A stretch of 64,000 nucleotides of DNA from an uncultured Alphaproteobacteria bacterium (lineage in GTDB: Bacteria > Pseudomonadota > Alphaproteobacteria > UBA8366 > JADFVY01). The stretch spans positions 553 to 64,552 of the forward strand of contig CAMYNJ010000142.1 in the NCBI GenBank assembly GCA_947259795.1. The letters run 5' to 3'. Made by a program: the position numbers and the translations under genes. Below the pieces are notes generated by a model. It had not been told where the DNA came from. It searched no databases and was given only the letters and a program-made list of their open reading frames with translations. This document shows, one piece after another, positions 39,780 to 48,402 of this stretch (positions within the stretch are counted from its first letter, which is position 1; each line of letters starts with the position of its first letter).

Positions 39780-40630
39780 CCGACACCGTCCGTGCCGCCT
39801 GCGTTCAGATGACCTCCGGCGTCGAGATCGCTGGCAATATCGAACAATCGACCGCGCTGATCCGCGCAGCGCAGGCGCAAGGCGCGCAGATCATCGGCAT
39901 GCCCGAGGTGGCGAACCTGTGCCAGAAGAGCCGCCGCCGGGCGCTGGAAACCGCGCAGTACGAGGAAAACGAGCCGGCGCTGAAGGCCTGGCGCGAACTG
40001 GCGGACGAGCTGGATATCTGGCTGCTGGCCGGTTCCATGGTCGTCAAGATCGCCGAGGACAAGCTGGTCAACCGGGCCTACATGATCGCACCCGACGGCG
40101 CCATCGCCGCAGAATACGACAAGATTCACATGTTCGACGTGGACCTGCCCAACGGCGAAAGCTACCGCGAATCGGACCTGTTTACGCCCGGCGACAAGGC
40201 GGTGCTGGTCGACAGCCCCTGGGGCGGCATCGGCATCACCATCTGCTACGATGTGCGCTTCCCGCAGCTCTATCGCGCGCTGGCCAAGGCCGGCGCCAAC
40301 ATGATCTGGACTTCGGCCGCCTTCACCCGCACCTCCGGCAAGGCGCACTGGCATGTCATGCAGCGCGCCCGGGCCATAGAGACCGGATGCTGGATCCTGG
40401 CCCCGGCCCAGTGCGGCGACCATGAGGACGGCCGCAGCACTTACGGCCATGCGCTGATCGTCTCGCCTTGGGGCGAGGTGGTGGCCGATGCGGGCGAGGA
40501 GCCCGGCTACATCGTCGCCGACCTCGACCTCGCGCGCGTCGCCGAGGCCCGCCAGTCGATTCCCACCCTGCGCCACGACCGCGATTTTGCCCTGCCGGCG
40601 CAGCTGGGACTTCGCGCCACCGGGGAATAA
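39776..40630 (+). CDS. Carbon-nitrogen hydrolase family protein (nitrilase superfamily, omega-amidase-like)
   Basis: 284 aa. Catalytic triad context PE (E), HMFD / K region, and GITICYDVRFP (Cys). Confidence 0.85.
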   Translation: MTDTVRAACVQMTSGVEIAGNIEQSTALIRAAQAQGAQIIGMPEVANLCQKSRRRALETAQYEENEPALKAWRELADELDIWLLAGSMVVKIAEDKLVNRAYMIAPDGAIAAEYDKIHMFDVDLPNGESYRESDLFTPGDKAVLVDSPWGGIGITICYDVRFPQLYRALAKAGANMIWTSAAFTRTSGKAHWHVMQRARAIETGCWILAPAQCGDHEDGRSTYGHALIVSPWGEVVADAGEEPGYIVADLDLARVAEARQSIPTLRHDRDFALPAQLGLRATGE

Positions 40631-40682
40631 TCAGCCGCGTTCAGGCCATCGCTGGCAACGGCGCGCGGCGCCGACGACCTCT

Positions 40683-41219
40683 TCAGACCGCACCGGAATA
40701 TTCGCCGCGCGCCGGATAGTCGTTGGCGATGACGAAGTCCAGCGCCTGCGTCAGTTCCGCGAAATTGGGGCGGACGAAGGGCATGGTCTGGACCGAGCCG
40801 TAGTAGAGCGTCCGGTCGGGGCGCACCAGGAAAACACCGGGTTCCGAAAACAATTCCGGCTCCTCGACTCCGATCGACGTCTTGCCGCGAGAGGTGGAAA
40901 TATACAGCCCCCACTCTTTGGCCCGCGACAGCGGCAAGCCGTAGCCCATGCGCAGGTTCGAGGCGCCGATCTTGTCGGCCATGGCCTGCGCCCGATCCCG
41001 ACCGTCGGAACTGATGGCGATGGGCCTTGCCCCGCGCTTCTCGAATTCGGGAGTCAGGCGTTCGAGCTCCTTCAGGTAATTGGTGCAGATCGGGCAGTGC
41101 AGGCCGCGATAAAAGGCGACGAGCGTAAAGCGTTCCGGGTTGTCGCCGGCAAGGCTGAAACGGCCATGGGACAAGGTGTCCAGATCGAGTTTCGGTGTGG
41201 TCTGACGGGGCATAAGCAC
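40683..41219 (-). CDS. Peroxiredoxin-like (AhpC/TSA, thioredoxin-fold) family protein
   Basis: 178 aa. VAFYRGLHCPICTNYLKEL (CxxC). Confidence 0.75.
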   Translation of the reverse strand: MLMPRQTTPKLDLDTLSHGRFSLAGDNPERFTLVAFYRGLHCPICTNYLKELERLTPEFEKRGARPIAISSDGRDRAQAMADKIGASNLRMGYGLPLSRAKEWGLYISTSRGKTSIGVEEPELFSEPGVFLVRPDRTLYYGSVQTMPFVRPNFAELTQALDFVIANDYPARGEYSGAV

Positions 41220-41286
41220 GGATTGATTCCTTTTCGTATTGGTTTCCCGGGTTCAATTCCATCGCGGCCTCTGTCCGCGATCCGGC

Positions 41287-41316
41287 TTGACAATACTGTA
41301 CGAAAAAATGTTTTAT
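41287..41316 (+). promoter_or_regulatory. Putative sigma70 promoter of the AraC-family gene
   Basis: TTGACA (41287-41292), about 18 nt spacer, TG-n-TTTAT around 41309-41316, roughly 30 nt upstream of the ATG at 41347. Confidence 0.3.
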
Positions 41317-41346
41317 GTCCGTAATTGTTGATCGAGAGTACATTTC

Positions 41347-42201
41347 ATGACGGTAAAGAGACCCGATCGATTGTCCGCGCTGATCCAGCGGTTCCGGATT
41401 GAGGCAACGGTACATCGGGCCGACGCCTTCGGGGACTGGCGCGCGGCGGAAGATAGCCTGGCGCCGAATCTGTTCATTGTCCGGCGCGGGGGGTTGGTTT
41501 TCTCGGATAAGCGGTTCGGGCAGCTATCGGGTCCGGATCCGAAGCTCGCCTTCTTTCCCTGCGGTGCGCCGCCGGATCTTCGGGTTCAGTTGAATTCCAC
41601 GGACGCTGAATTCGTCTGCGCGACGGTCGACATGGGCGGCGACGCCAATCCGATCGCCCGCGCCTTGCCGGAACTGGTGATGATTCCCCTGGCCGAGGCG
41701 GAGTCGCTGGGTGCGGTGGCGGATATGCTGCTCGAAGAGGCGCTTTCGCCACGCTGCGGCGGCCGGGCGGTGATCGACCGGCTATGCGAGGTGTTGGTCA
41801 TCAGGCTATTACGTCATGCGATCGAGGCGGGGCAGGCGAAGCCCGGGCTGCTGGCCGGCCTGGCCCATCCGAATCTTTGCCTCGCCATCGTGGCGGTCCA
41901 TGACAATCCCGGCAGGAACTGGCACCTGGAGGATTTGGCTGACGTCGCGGGGATGTCCCGCACCCACTTCGCAAATTCGTTCCGCAAGGTGGTGGGGGTG
42001 ACCCCGGGCGAATATCTCTCCGGCTGGCGGCTTACGCTGGCCCGCGCCGAGATCGCGAAGGGCGCGCCTTTGAAGGTAGTCGCCGGCAAGATCGGTTTTT
42101 CCAGTTCAGCGGCCTTGTCGCGCGCCTTTTCACGCCGTTACGGATTTTCCCCGAGGGAAGGCTATTCGCGATCCCAACGCGAGACCATGTCTCTTACCTG
42201 A
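41347..42201 (+). CDS. AraC family transcriptional regulator (cupin-like N-terminus)
   Basis: 284 aa. C-terminal HTH pair LADVAGMSRTHFANSFRKVVGVTPGEYL...IGFSSSAALSRAFSRRYGFSP. Confidence 0.85.
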   Translation: MTVKRPDRLSALIQRFRIEATVHRADAFGDWRAAEDSLAPNLFIVRRGGLVFSDKRFGQLSGPDPKLAFFPCGAPPDLRVQLNSTDAEFVCATVDMGGDANPIARALPELVMIPLAEAESLGAVADMLLEEALSPRCGGRAVIDRLCEVLVIRLLRHAIEAGQAKPGLLAGLAHPNLCLAIVAVHDNPGRNWHLEDLADVAGMSRTHFANSFRKVVGVTPGEYLSGWRLTLARAEIAKGAPLKVVAGKIGFSSSAALSRAFSRRYGFSPREGYSRSQRETMSLT

Positions 42202-42823
42202 ACAAGCCGCTGGCGGCCAGGCCGTCGAAGATGAACTGCACGGCGAGCGCGGCCAGCAGGACGCCGACGATGCGCGACACCACATGAACGCCGGTCACCC
42301 CCAGCAGCCTCTGAAGCTGGACCGCCATCAGCATCAGCAAGAAGGTCAGCAGCAGGATCGCGCCCAGCGCGACCAGCACCGCGAGATATTGCAGGCGGTC
42401 GCCCTCGGTATTGGCAATCAGCAGGACGATGGCGCCGATCGACCCCGGCCCGGCGATCAGCGGGGTGGCCAGCGGGAAGACGGAAATGTCGGGCCGGCTG
42501 GCCGCTTCCTCGTTCTCCTCCCGGGTCGTCGAAGTGCCGCCGGAATCGCGCGCGAACACCAGGTCGATGGCGATCAACAGCAGTAGGATGCCGCCGGCCG
42601 TGCGCAGGGCGGGCAGGGTGATGCCGAACAGGCCGAGCAGGGTGTCACCGAAGAAGGCGAAGAAGAACAGGATACCGGCCGCGATCAGCGTGCTCTTCAA
42701 GGCAATTGCCCGCCGCTCGGCGGCCGTATTGCGCGAGGTCAGCGCGGCGAACAACGCCGCCACGTCCTGCGGCCCCACCGTGGCGAACAGGGTGGTGAAG
42801 GCGATCAGGCCGATTTCGATCAT
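42194..42823 (-). CDS. MarC family (UPF0056) integral membrane protein
   Basis: 209 aa, 6 TM. FPLATPLIAGPGSI motif. Confidence 0.8.
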   Translation of the reverse strand: MIEIGLIAFTTLFATVGPQDVAALFAALTSRNTAAERRAIALKSTLIAAGILFFFAFFGDTLLGLFGITLPALRTAGGILLLLIAIDLVFARDSGGTSTTREENEEAASRPDISVFPLATPLIAGPGSIGAIVLLIANTEGDRLQYLAVLVALGAILLLTFLLMLMAVQLQRLLGVTGVHVVSRIVGVLLAALAVQFIFDGLAASGLFR

Positions 42824-43404
42824 GTTGCTACCGGATCGATCGGCACTGGCGCGTCGCCTCTTACTGCGGCGATGCGCTGGACGACACGTGGTTTGGGGTC
42901 GCGGCGCAGACCGTGTTCATAGGCGACGACCTGCAGCTCCTTGCCGAAAGCCTCCAGCAGTTCGCCGGCGCGCAACAGGTGGTCCGGGTTGCGCGGGCGG
43001 CTGTATTGCTCGTTGCCCCGCCCGAAGGTCTCGTAGATCAATAGCCCGCCCTCGGCCACGGCGCCGGCCAGGCGGGGCAGAATCGGCCGCCACAGATAGT
43101 TGGTCACCACGATGGCGGCGAATTGCCGGCCGGCGAAGGGCAGGGCGTCCCCGCCCTCGAGGTCGGCCTCGATTATCTCCACATTCGCGCGCCCGGCCAG
43201 GTCCTGCACATCCGATACGTCCCGGTCCAGCAGCACCACCGGATGGCCGCGCTCCAGGAAATGGCGTCCGTGCCGGCCACCGCCGCAGGCCAGGTCCAGC
43301 ACCGGGCCGTCCAGCGGCGCCAGCGGCGCGAAGCGGGTTACCCAGGACGAAGGAGTCGTAGGGCCCAGATGGCGGCCCTTGTCGTAGATCGGTTCGCTAT
43401 TCAT
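42820..43404 (-). CDS. Class I SAM-dependent methyltransferase (TehB-like)
   Basis: 194 aa. VLDLACGGGRHG SAM motif. ATGA-type overlap with the marC start. Confidence 0.8.
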   Translation of the reverse strand: MNSEPIYDKGRHLGPTTPSSWVTRFAPLAPLDGPVLDLACGGGRHGRHFLERGHPVVLLDRDVSDVQDLAGRANVEIIEADLEGGDALPFAGRQFAAIVVTNYLWRPILPRLAGAVAEGGLLIYETFGRGNEQYSRPRNPDHLLRAGELLEAFGKELQVVAYEHGLRRDPKPRVVQRIAAVRGDAPVPIDPVAT

Positions 43405-43470
43405 GCCCCCTCATAGCGCGTCCTGCGGCGGAACGCACCCTTGTATTCGCAAGGGTTTTGGATCAAATAT

Positions 43471-43498
43471 TTGGCGTTACGGCGAATACAGGCATAAT
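43471..43498 (+). promoter_or_regulatory. Putative sigma70 promoter placing the TSS at or next to the DUF1178 ATG (leaderless candidate)
   Basis: TTGGCG (43471-43476), 16-nt spacer, CATAAT (43493-43498). The ATG is at 43505 and there is no SD in between. Confidence 0.3.
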
Positions 43499-43504
43499 GA
43501 ACCC

Positions 43505-43945
43505 ATGATTCTGTATAACCTTTGCTGCTCCGCCGATCATGTCTTCGAGGCATGGTTCAGGGACAGCGCGGCCTATGACGAACAGGCGGCAGCCGGGGAG
43601 GTGCTCTGCCCGGTCTGCGGCAACGCGTCCGTCGCCAAGGCGCCGATGGCCCCGCGCATTGCCAGGGGCGGCGACGCGGGCGAGGAAGCCGACCCCGGCC
43701 CGCAGACCTATACCAATTCCAAAGCCGCCGAGATGCGCCGGATGCTGACGGAACTGCGCCGCCATGTGGAGGACAACAGCGACTATGTCGGCGACAAGTT
43801 CGCCGAGGAAGCCCGCAAGATCCACTACGGCGAAACGGAAGAACACAACATCTACGGCGAGGCCACCGAAGACCAGGCCGAAGAACTCACCGAGGAAGGT
43901 ATCAAGGTCGGCCGCATCCCCTGGCTGCCCCGCACGGATTCGTAG
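43505..43945 (+). CDS. DUF1178 family protein (zinc-ribbon N-terminus)
   Basis: MILYNLCCSADHVFEAWFRDSAAYDEQAAAGEVLCPVCGNASVAKAPMAP matches the DUF1178 pattern. Confidence 0.8.
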   Translation: MILYNLCCSADHVFEAWFRDSAAYDEQAAAGEVLCPVCGNASVAKAPMAPRIARGGDAGEEADPGPQTYTNSKAAEMRRMLTELRRHVEDNSDYVGDKFAEEARKIHYGETEEHNIYGEATEDQAEELTEEGIKVGRIPWLPRTDS

Positions 43946-43994
43946 GGCGAAACCCGTGATCCGCACCGACGGCGCGATTCTCGGGGCAGGGCGC

Positions 43995-44924
43995 TTATAG
44001 CGGCGGCAGGTGCCATAGTCGCTCGGCGTTGCGGTGCGCCAGGGCGTGGGCGACGTCTTCCGGCAGATCCGCCAACAGCTTTCGCCACAGGGCGACCTGG
44101 GGGAGATACAGCTCTTCCCAATGGTTGGCCCAGACATTGTCGAACCCGAGGATGAAGCGATCCGGATGGGCAACGATCAACGCCCGCCACGGCGGCGCCA
44201 GTTGCTCGCCCCTGAACATGTCTGTCCATGGCTCGCGCGACCTTGTCACGGTGATCGGATTGCTGTGCGCGGCAATGAAGAAAAGATTGGCGTGGGCGGC
44301 GATCAGCCGCGCGATCTCGTCGGGGCCCAGCTGGCCCATATGGATCAGGACGAAAGGATGGTCCGGGTGGGCGTCTAGCATGGCCTCGAAGCCGGCCATG
44401 TAGCTGTCGCGTTTGGAACCGAGGCTGGCGAACTCGATATGGGCGATGAACGGCCAGCTCCGTTCCAGCGTCACCGCGAGCGCGGCCTGGACCTTCTCGT
44501 GGTCCGGCGGGTAGGCGACTTCCGGCGCGATGACCTTGCCCTTCCTGTTGCGCTTTTCGTGATGGTAGATCAGCACCTCGGCCATGGCGGCGAACTGGCG
44601 GGATTTCAGTTGCTTGGCCAGGAAGGCCCGAAACGCGGCCAGGTCCCTATTCTGGTAGGCACCGCCCTTGGTGCGCACCGCCGCCGTGATGCGGTCAGGA
44701 TGTCCGGCGGCAAAGGCCTTCAGGTCCTTGACCGTCGTTCCATGCCGCGCGGCCAGGATGGTGCGCGACACGCCTGCTTCATCCATCAGCTCGATGACGC
44801 GCTCCGGCGCGATTGCCTGCTCCAGCTGGCTGTGGGCATCGATGATGGGAATCTCGCCGGCCCGGGACGGGGCGGCGGCGAGGCATAACAGGCAAAGCAG
44901 CGCGGTAAACCGTCCGGTCCGCAT
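43995..44924 (-). CDS. Amidohydrolase-2 (TIM-barrel metal-dependent hydrolase) family protein with signal peptide
   Basis: Start chosen at MRTGRFTALLCLLCLAAAPSRAGEIPIIDAHSQ (metal-binding DAH). The tracked ORF extends to 45113. Confidence 0.7.
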   Translation of the reverse strand: MRTGRFTALLCLLCLAAAPSRAGEIPIIDAHSQLEQAIAPERVIELMDEAGVSRTILAARHGTTVKDLKAFAAGHPDRITAAVRTKGGAYQNRDLAAFRAFLAKQLKSRQFAAMAEVLIYHHEKRNRKGKVIAPEVAYPPDHEKVQAALAVTLERSWPFIAHIEFASLGSKRDSYMAGFEAMLDAHPDHPFVLIHMGQLGPDEIARLIAAHANLFFIAAHSNPITVTRSREPWTDMFRGEQLAPPWRALIVAHPDRFILGFDNVWANHWEELYLPQVALWRKLLADLPEDVAHALAHRNAERLWHLPPL

Positions 44925-44986
44925 AGCGGCCTCCTGACGACAAGGGGCTACGCCGGAACTATAACATGTGCCGTCCGGCCTCGCCC

Positions 44987-46111
44987 CTATGTTGGCGGCC
45001 TGTTTGCCGGCCGCGCCAGCTTGGCACCGGGCCAGTTGGGGGCGTGGCCGCGCAGATATTGGGGTGGGACGGTCATTTCGGCTCCCAGCGCCTCGGCCGC
45101 ATGCCAGGGCCAACGGGGATTGTCGATCAAGCCACGGGCCAGCGCCACCATGTCGGCCTGGCCGGCGGCGATGATCTCCTCGGCCTGGTGGGGATCGGCG
45201 ATCATGCCGACGGCGCGGGTCGCGATGCCGGTGCGTTCTTTGATGCCGGCGGCGTACGACACCTGATAACCGGGCCTTGCGGGAATCTTCAGCCCCGGAA
45301 CAAGCCCGCCGCTGGAGGCGCAGATATAGTCCAGCCCGGCGGCCTTCAGCGCGCCGGCGAAGGTCGCCGCCGCCTCGAGATCGATACCCCCTTCATGCCA
45401 GTCCGTGCCGGTGATGCGCGCGCCGAAGACCAGTTCTTCCGGCACGATGTCGCGCACCGCCCGCGCGACCTCCAGCGGGAAGCGCATGCGGTTCTTCGCC
45501 GAGCCGCCGTAATCGTCGCCGCGCGCGTTGGACAGCGGCGACAGGAATTCGTGCAGCAGATAGCCGTGCGCGCAATGTAGTTCGACGACCTCGAAGCCCA
45601 GCGCGATGGCCCGCCCGGCGGCCGCCACGAAGGCGTCGCGGATGCGCGCCATGTCATCGTCCGTCGCCTCGCGCGGAACGTGCCAGTCGCCGAAGGGCAG
45701 GGCCGAGGCGCTGACCGTCTCCCAAGGGTCCTCGCCGGCCCGCAGCGCCGCGCCGCCTTCCCAGGGCCGCTGCTGCGATCCCTTGCGCCCCGAATGGGCG
45801 ATCTGCATGCCCCACTTCGTGCCCGTCGGCGAAACCCGCCGCGCGGCTTTCAAAATGCGGTCCAGCGCCGCTTCATTGCTGTCCGAATAGAGCCCCAGGC
45901 AGCCATGGGTGATGCGGCCCGGCCGCTCTACCGCCGTGGCCTCGACCATCACCAGCCCCGCGCCCGACATGCCGAGGGTCATCAGGTTCTGCAGGTGCCA
46001 TTCGTTGGCGCTGCCGTCATCCGCGCTGTACTGGCACATCGGCGCCACCACGATGCGGTTGGAAAAATCCTGTCCGGCCAGCCGGATGGGAGAAAACAGT
46101 TTCGACATCAA
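44987..46111 (-). CDS. NADH:flavin oxidoreductase (Old Yellow Enzyme family)
   Basis: 374 aa. NRIVVAPMCQY, HSGRKGS, HCAHGYLLHEFLSP. Confidence 0.88.
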   Translation of the reverse strand: MMSKLFSPIRLAGQDFSNRIVVAPMCQYSADDGSANEWHLQNLMTLGMSGAGLVMVEATAVERPGRITHGCLGLYSDSNEAALDRILKAARRVSPTGTKWGMQIAHSGRKGSQQRPWEGGAALRAGEDPWETVSASALPFGDWHVPREATDDDMARIRDAFVAAAGRAIALGFEVVELHCAHGYLLHEFLSPLSNARGDDYGGSAKNRMRFPLEVARAVRDIVPEELVFGARITGTDWHEGGIDLEAAATFAGALKAAGLDYICASSGGLVPGLKIPARPGYQVSYAAGIKERTGIATRAVGMIADPHQAEEIIAAGQADMVALARGLIDNPRWPWHAAEALGAEMTVPPQYLRGHAPNWPGAKLARPANRPPT

Positions 46112-46148
46112 CCCTTGCTCTTGTTTAATTTGCGAGCGTTCTGCCCGT

Positions 46149-46916
46149 CTATCGGTCTCTCACCGCCATGGCCATGTAATTCACGTCCAGGTCCCTCGGC
46201 GCGAGCGACCATTTGTCCTTCAGCGGGTTGTAGGCGACGCCGGCGATCTCGGCCATCTCCAGGCCGGCCCGGCGCAAGGGGGCGGCCAGTTCCGAGGGGC
46301 GGACGAACTTGTTCCAGTCGTGGGTGCCGCGCGGCAGCCAGCCCATGATGTATTCCGCGCCGATGATGGCCAGGCCGAACGCCTTGAGCGTGCGGTTCAG
46401 CGTGGCGACGAACATCATGCCGCCGGGTTTCACCAGCGCGGCCGAGGATTCCAGGAAGAGGGCAACGTCCGCGACATGCTCCACCACCTCCATGTTCAGC
46501 ACCACATCGTATGTTTCGCCGCGCGCCGCCATCGCCTCGACGGTATCACAGCGGTAATCGATGGTGACGCCGACGGCCTCTGCATGGGTCGCGGCGGTTC
46601 GCACGTTCTTTTCCACCGCGTCGATGCCGGTGACTGTCGCGCCGAGGCGTGCCATCGGCTCCGACAACAGGCCGCCGCCGCAGCCGATATCGGCCAGCGC
46701 CAGCCCTTCCAGAGGGCGGTTGCCTTGTCCGTCGCGGCCGAAACGGGCGCAGATGCGGTCGCGCAGAAATTCCAGTCGCACCGGGTTGAACTTATGCAGC
46801 GGCGCGAACTTGCCGTCCGGATCCCACCATTCCTCGGCCATGGCGGCGAATTTGGCGGTCTCGGCCTCGTCCACGGTGCTGTCCATGGGGCGCTCGGCGG
46901 TTCGGGTCATCGGCAA
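46149..46916 (-). CDS. ubiG: Bifunctional 3-demethylubiquinol 3-O-methyltransferase / 2-polyprenyl-6-hydroxyphenol methylase
   Basis: 255 aa. [43 protein letters not shown]. Confidence 0.9.
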   Translation of the reverse strand: MPMTRTAERPMDSTVDEAETAKFAAMAEEWWDPDGKFAPLHKFNPVRLEFLRDRICARFGRDGQGNRPLEGLALADIGCGGGLLSEPMARLGATVTGIDAVEKNVRTAATHAEAVGVTIDYRCDTVEAMAARGETYDVVLNMEVVEHVADVALFLESSAALVKPGGMMFVATLNRTLKAFGLAIIGAEYIMGWLPRGTHDWNKFVRPSELAAPLRRAGLEMAEIAGVAYNPLKDKWSLAPRDLDVNYMAMAVRDR

Positions 46917-47086
46917 TATCCTGTAACAAAACTATCATGCGTATAGCTGGCCACGCGACTTGCACGCGCGGTCATGATTGAGTATGGATACGCCCGCCTT
47001 CCGAAGCAACCGCCGTGACCGCCTATTCTGCGCTGGCGATGCATTTGCCGGAAGGCTGTTGTTTTGTTGACGGACATTCTCTGGCC

Positions 47087-48307
47087 ATGGCGCGTATTGT
47101 ACAGAAATTCGGCGGCACATCGGTTGCCGACCTGGACTGCATCCGCAATGTCGCGAAGCGGGTGAAGGCGGAAGTCGACCGCGGCAGCGACGTCGCCGTC
47201 ATCGTCTCGGCGATGGCCGGCGTGACCAATCAGCTCGTCGATTACGTCAGCCAAGCCTCCGCCCTGCACGATACGCGTGAATATGATGTCGTCGTGTCGT
47301 CGGGCGAACAGGTGACCGCCGGGCTGCTGGCGCTTTGCCTGCAGGAACTCGGCGTGCCGGCGCGCTCCTGGATGGGCTGGCAGATTCCCATCCATGCCGA
47401 CGATATGCACGGCAAGGCCCGCATCACCGGCATCGAGCCGGACCGTCTCGTGAAGAAGTTCGGCGAGGGCCAGGTCGCCGTGGTCGCAGGCTTCCAGGGC
47501 GTCTCGCCGCACGGCCGAATCGCCACGCTGGGCCGCGGCGGGTCGGACACCACGGCGGTGGCGCTCGCGGCGGCGCTGGGCGCCGAACGCTGCGACATAT
47601 TCACCGATGTGGACGGGGTTTATACCACCGATCCGCGCATCGTGCCGAAGGCGCGCAAGCTGGACAAGATCACCTATGAAGAGATGCTGGAAATGGCGTC
47701 GCTGGGCGCCAAGGTGCTGCAGACGCGCTCGGTAGAGCTGGCCATGAACATGGGTGTTCGGGTGCAGGTGCTGTCCAGCTTCGAGGATCTGCCGGGAACA
47801 CTGGTTGTCGATGAGGATGAAATCGTGGAAAAACAGGTAGTCAGCGGAATCGCCTACAGCCGTGACGAGGCGAAGATCACCCTGGTCCAGGTCGAGGACA
47901 AGCCGGGCGTGGCGGCGGGGATTTTCGGCCCGCTGGCCGACGCCAACATCAATGTGGACATGATCGTCCAGAACATATCGCCGGACGGCGGCGCCACCGA
48001 CCTGACCTTCACGGTGACCCGCGCAGATTTGAACCGCGCGGTAAAGTTGCTGCAGGACCGACGGGACGAAATCCGTTATAAGGATCTGATTCACGATGCC
48101 GGCGTTGTAAAGGTGTCGGTGATCGGCGTCGGCATGCGCAGCCATGCGGGCGTGGCGCTGTCGATGTTCACGACTCTTGCCGAGAAGGGCATCAATATCC
48201 AGGTCATATCGACCTCGGAGATCAAGATCAGCGTGCTGATCGACGAGGAATATACCGAGCTGGCCCTAAGGGCCCTGCACACCGCCTACGGGCTGGACGC
48301 CGACTGA
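47087..48307 (+). CDS. lysC: Aspartate kinase
   Basis: MARIVQKFGGTSVAD start. TLGRGGSDTTAVALAAAL. Two C-terminal ACT domains. Confidence 0.95.
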   Translation: MARIVQKFGGTSVADLDCIRNVAKRVKAEVDRGSDVAVIVSAMAGVTNQLVDYVSQASALHDTREYDVVVSSGEQVTAGLLALCLQELGVPARSWMGWQIPIHADDMHGKARITGIEPDRLVKKFGEGQVAVVAGFQGVSPHGRIATLGRGGSDTTAVALAAALGAERCDIFTDVDGVYTTDPRIVPKARKLDKITYEEMLEMASLGAKVLQTRSVELAMNMGVRVQVLSSFEDLPGTLVVDEDEIVEKQVVSGIAYSRDEAKITLVQVEDKPGVAAGIFGPLADANINVDMIVQNISPDGGATDLTFTVTRADLNRAVKLLQDRRDEIRYKDLIHDAGVVKVSVIGVGMRSHAGVALSMFTTLAEKGINIQVISTSEIKISVLIDEEYTELALRALHTAYGLDAD

Positions 48308-48325
48308 ATTATCTTCGGCTTGAAC
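48306..48325 (+). repeat. Copy B of the GAATTATCTTCSGCTTGA motif overlapping a stop codon
   Basis: GAATTATCTTCGGCTTGAAC begins within the lysC TGA stop. 17 of the first 18 nt are identical to 5857-5874. Confidence 0.6.
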
Positions 48326-48402
48326 GGGAACCGGCAAATCCGGAAAAGCCACAGATAACCGGCGTCGTTTAACGCCGCGACTGACGCGGCCCAAGGACGG
48401 GA

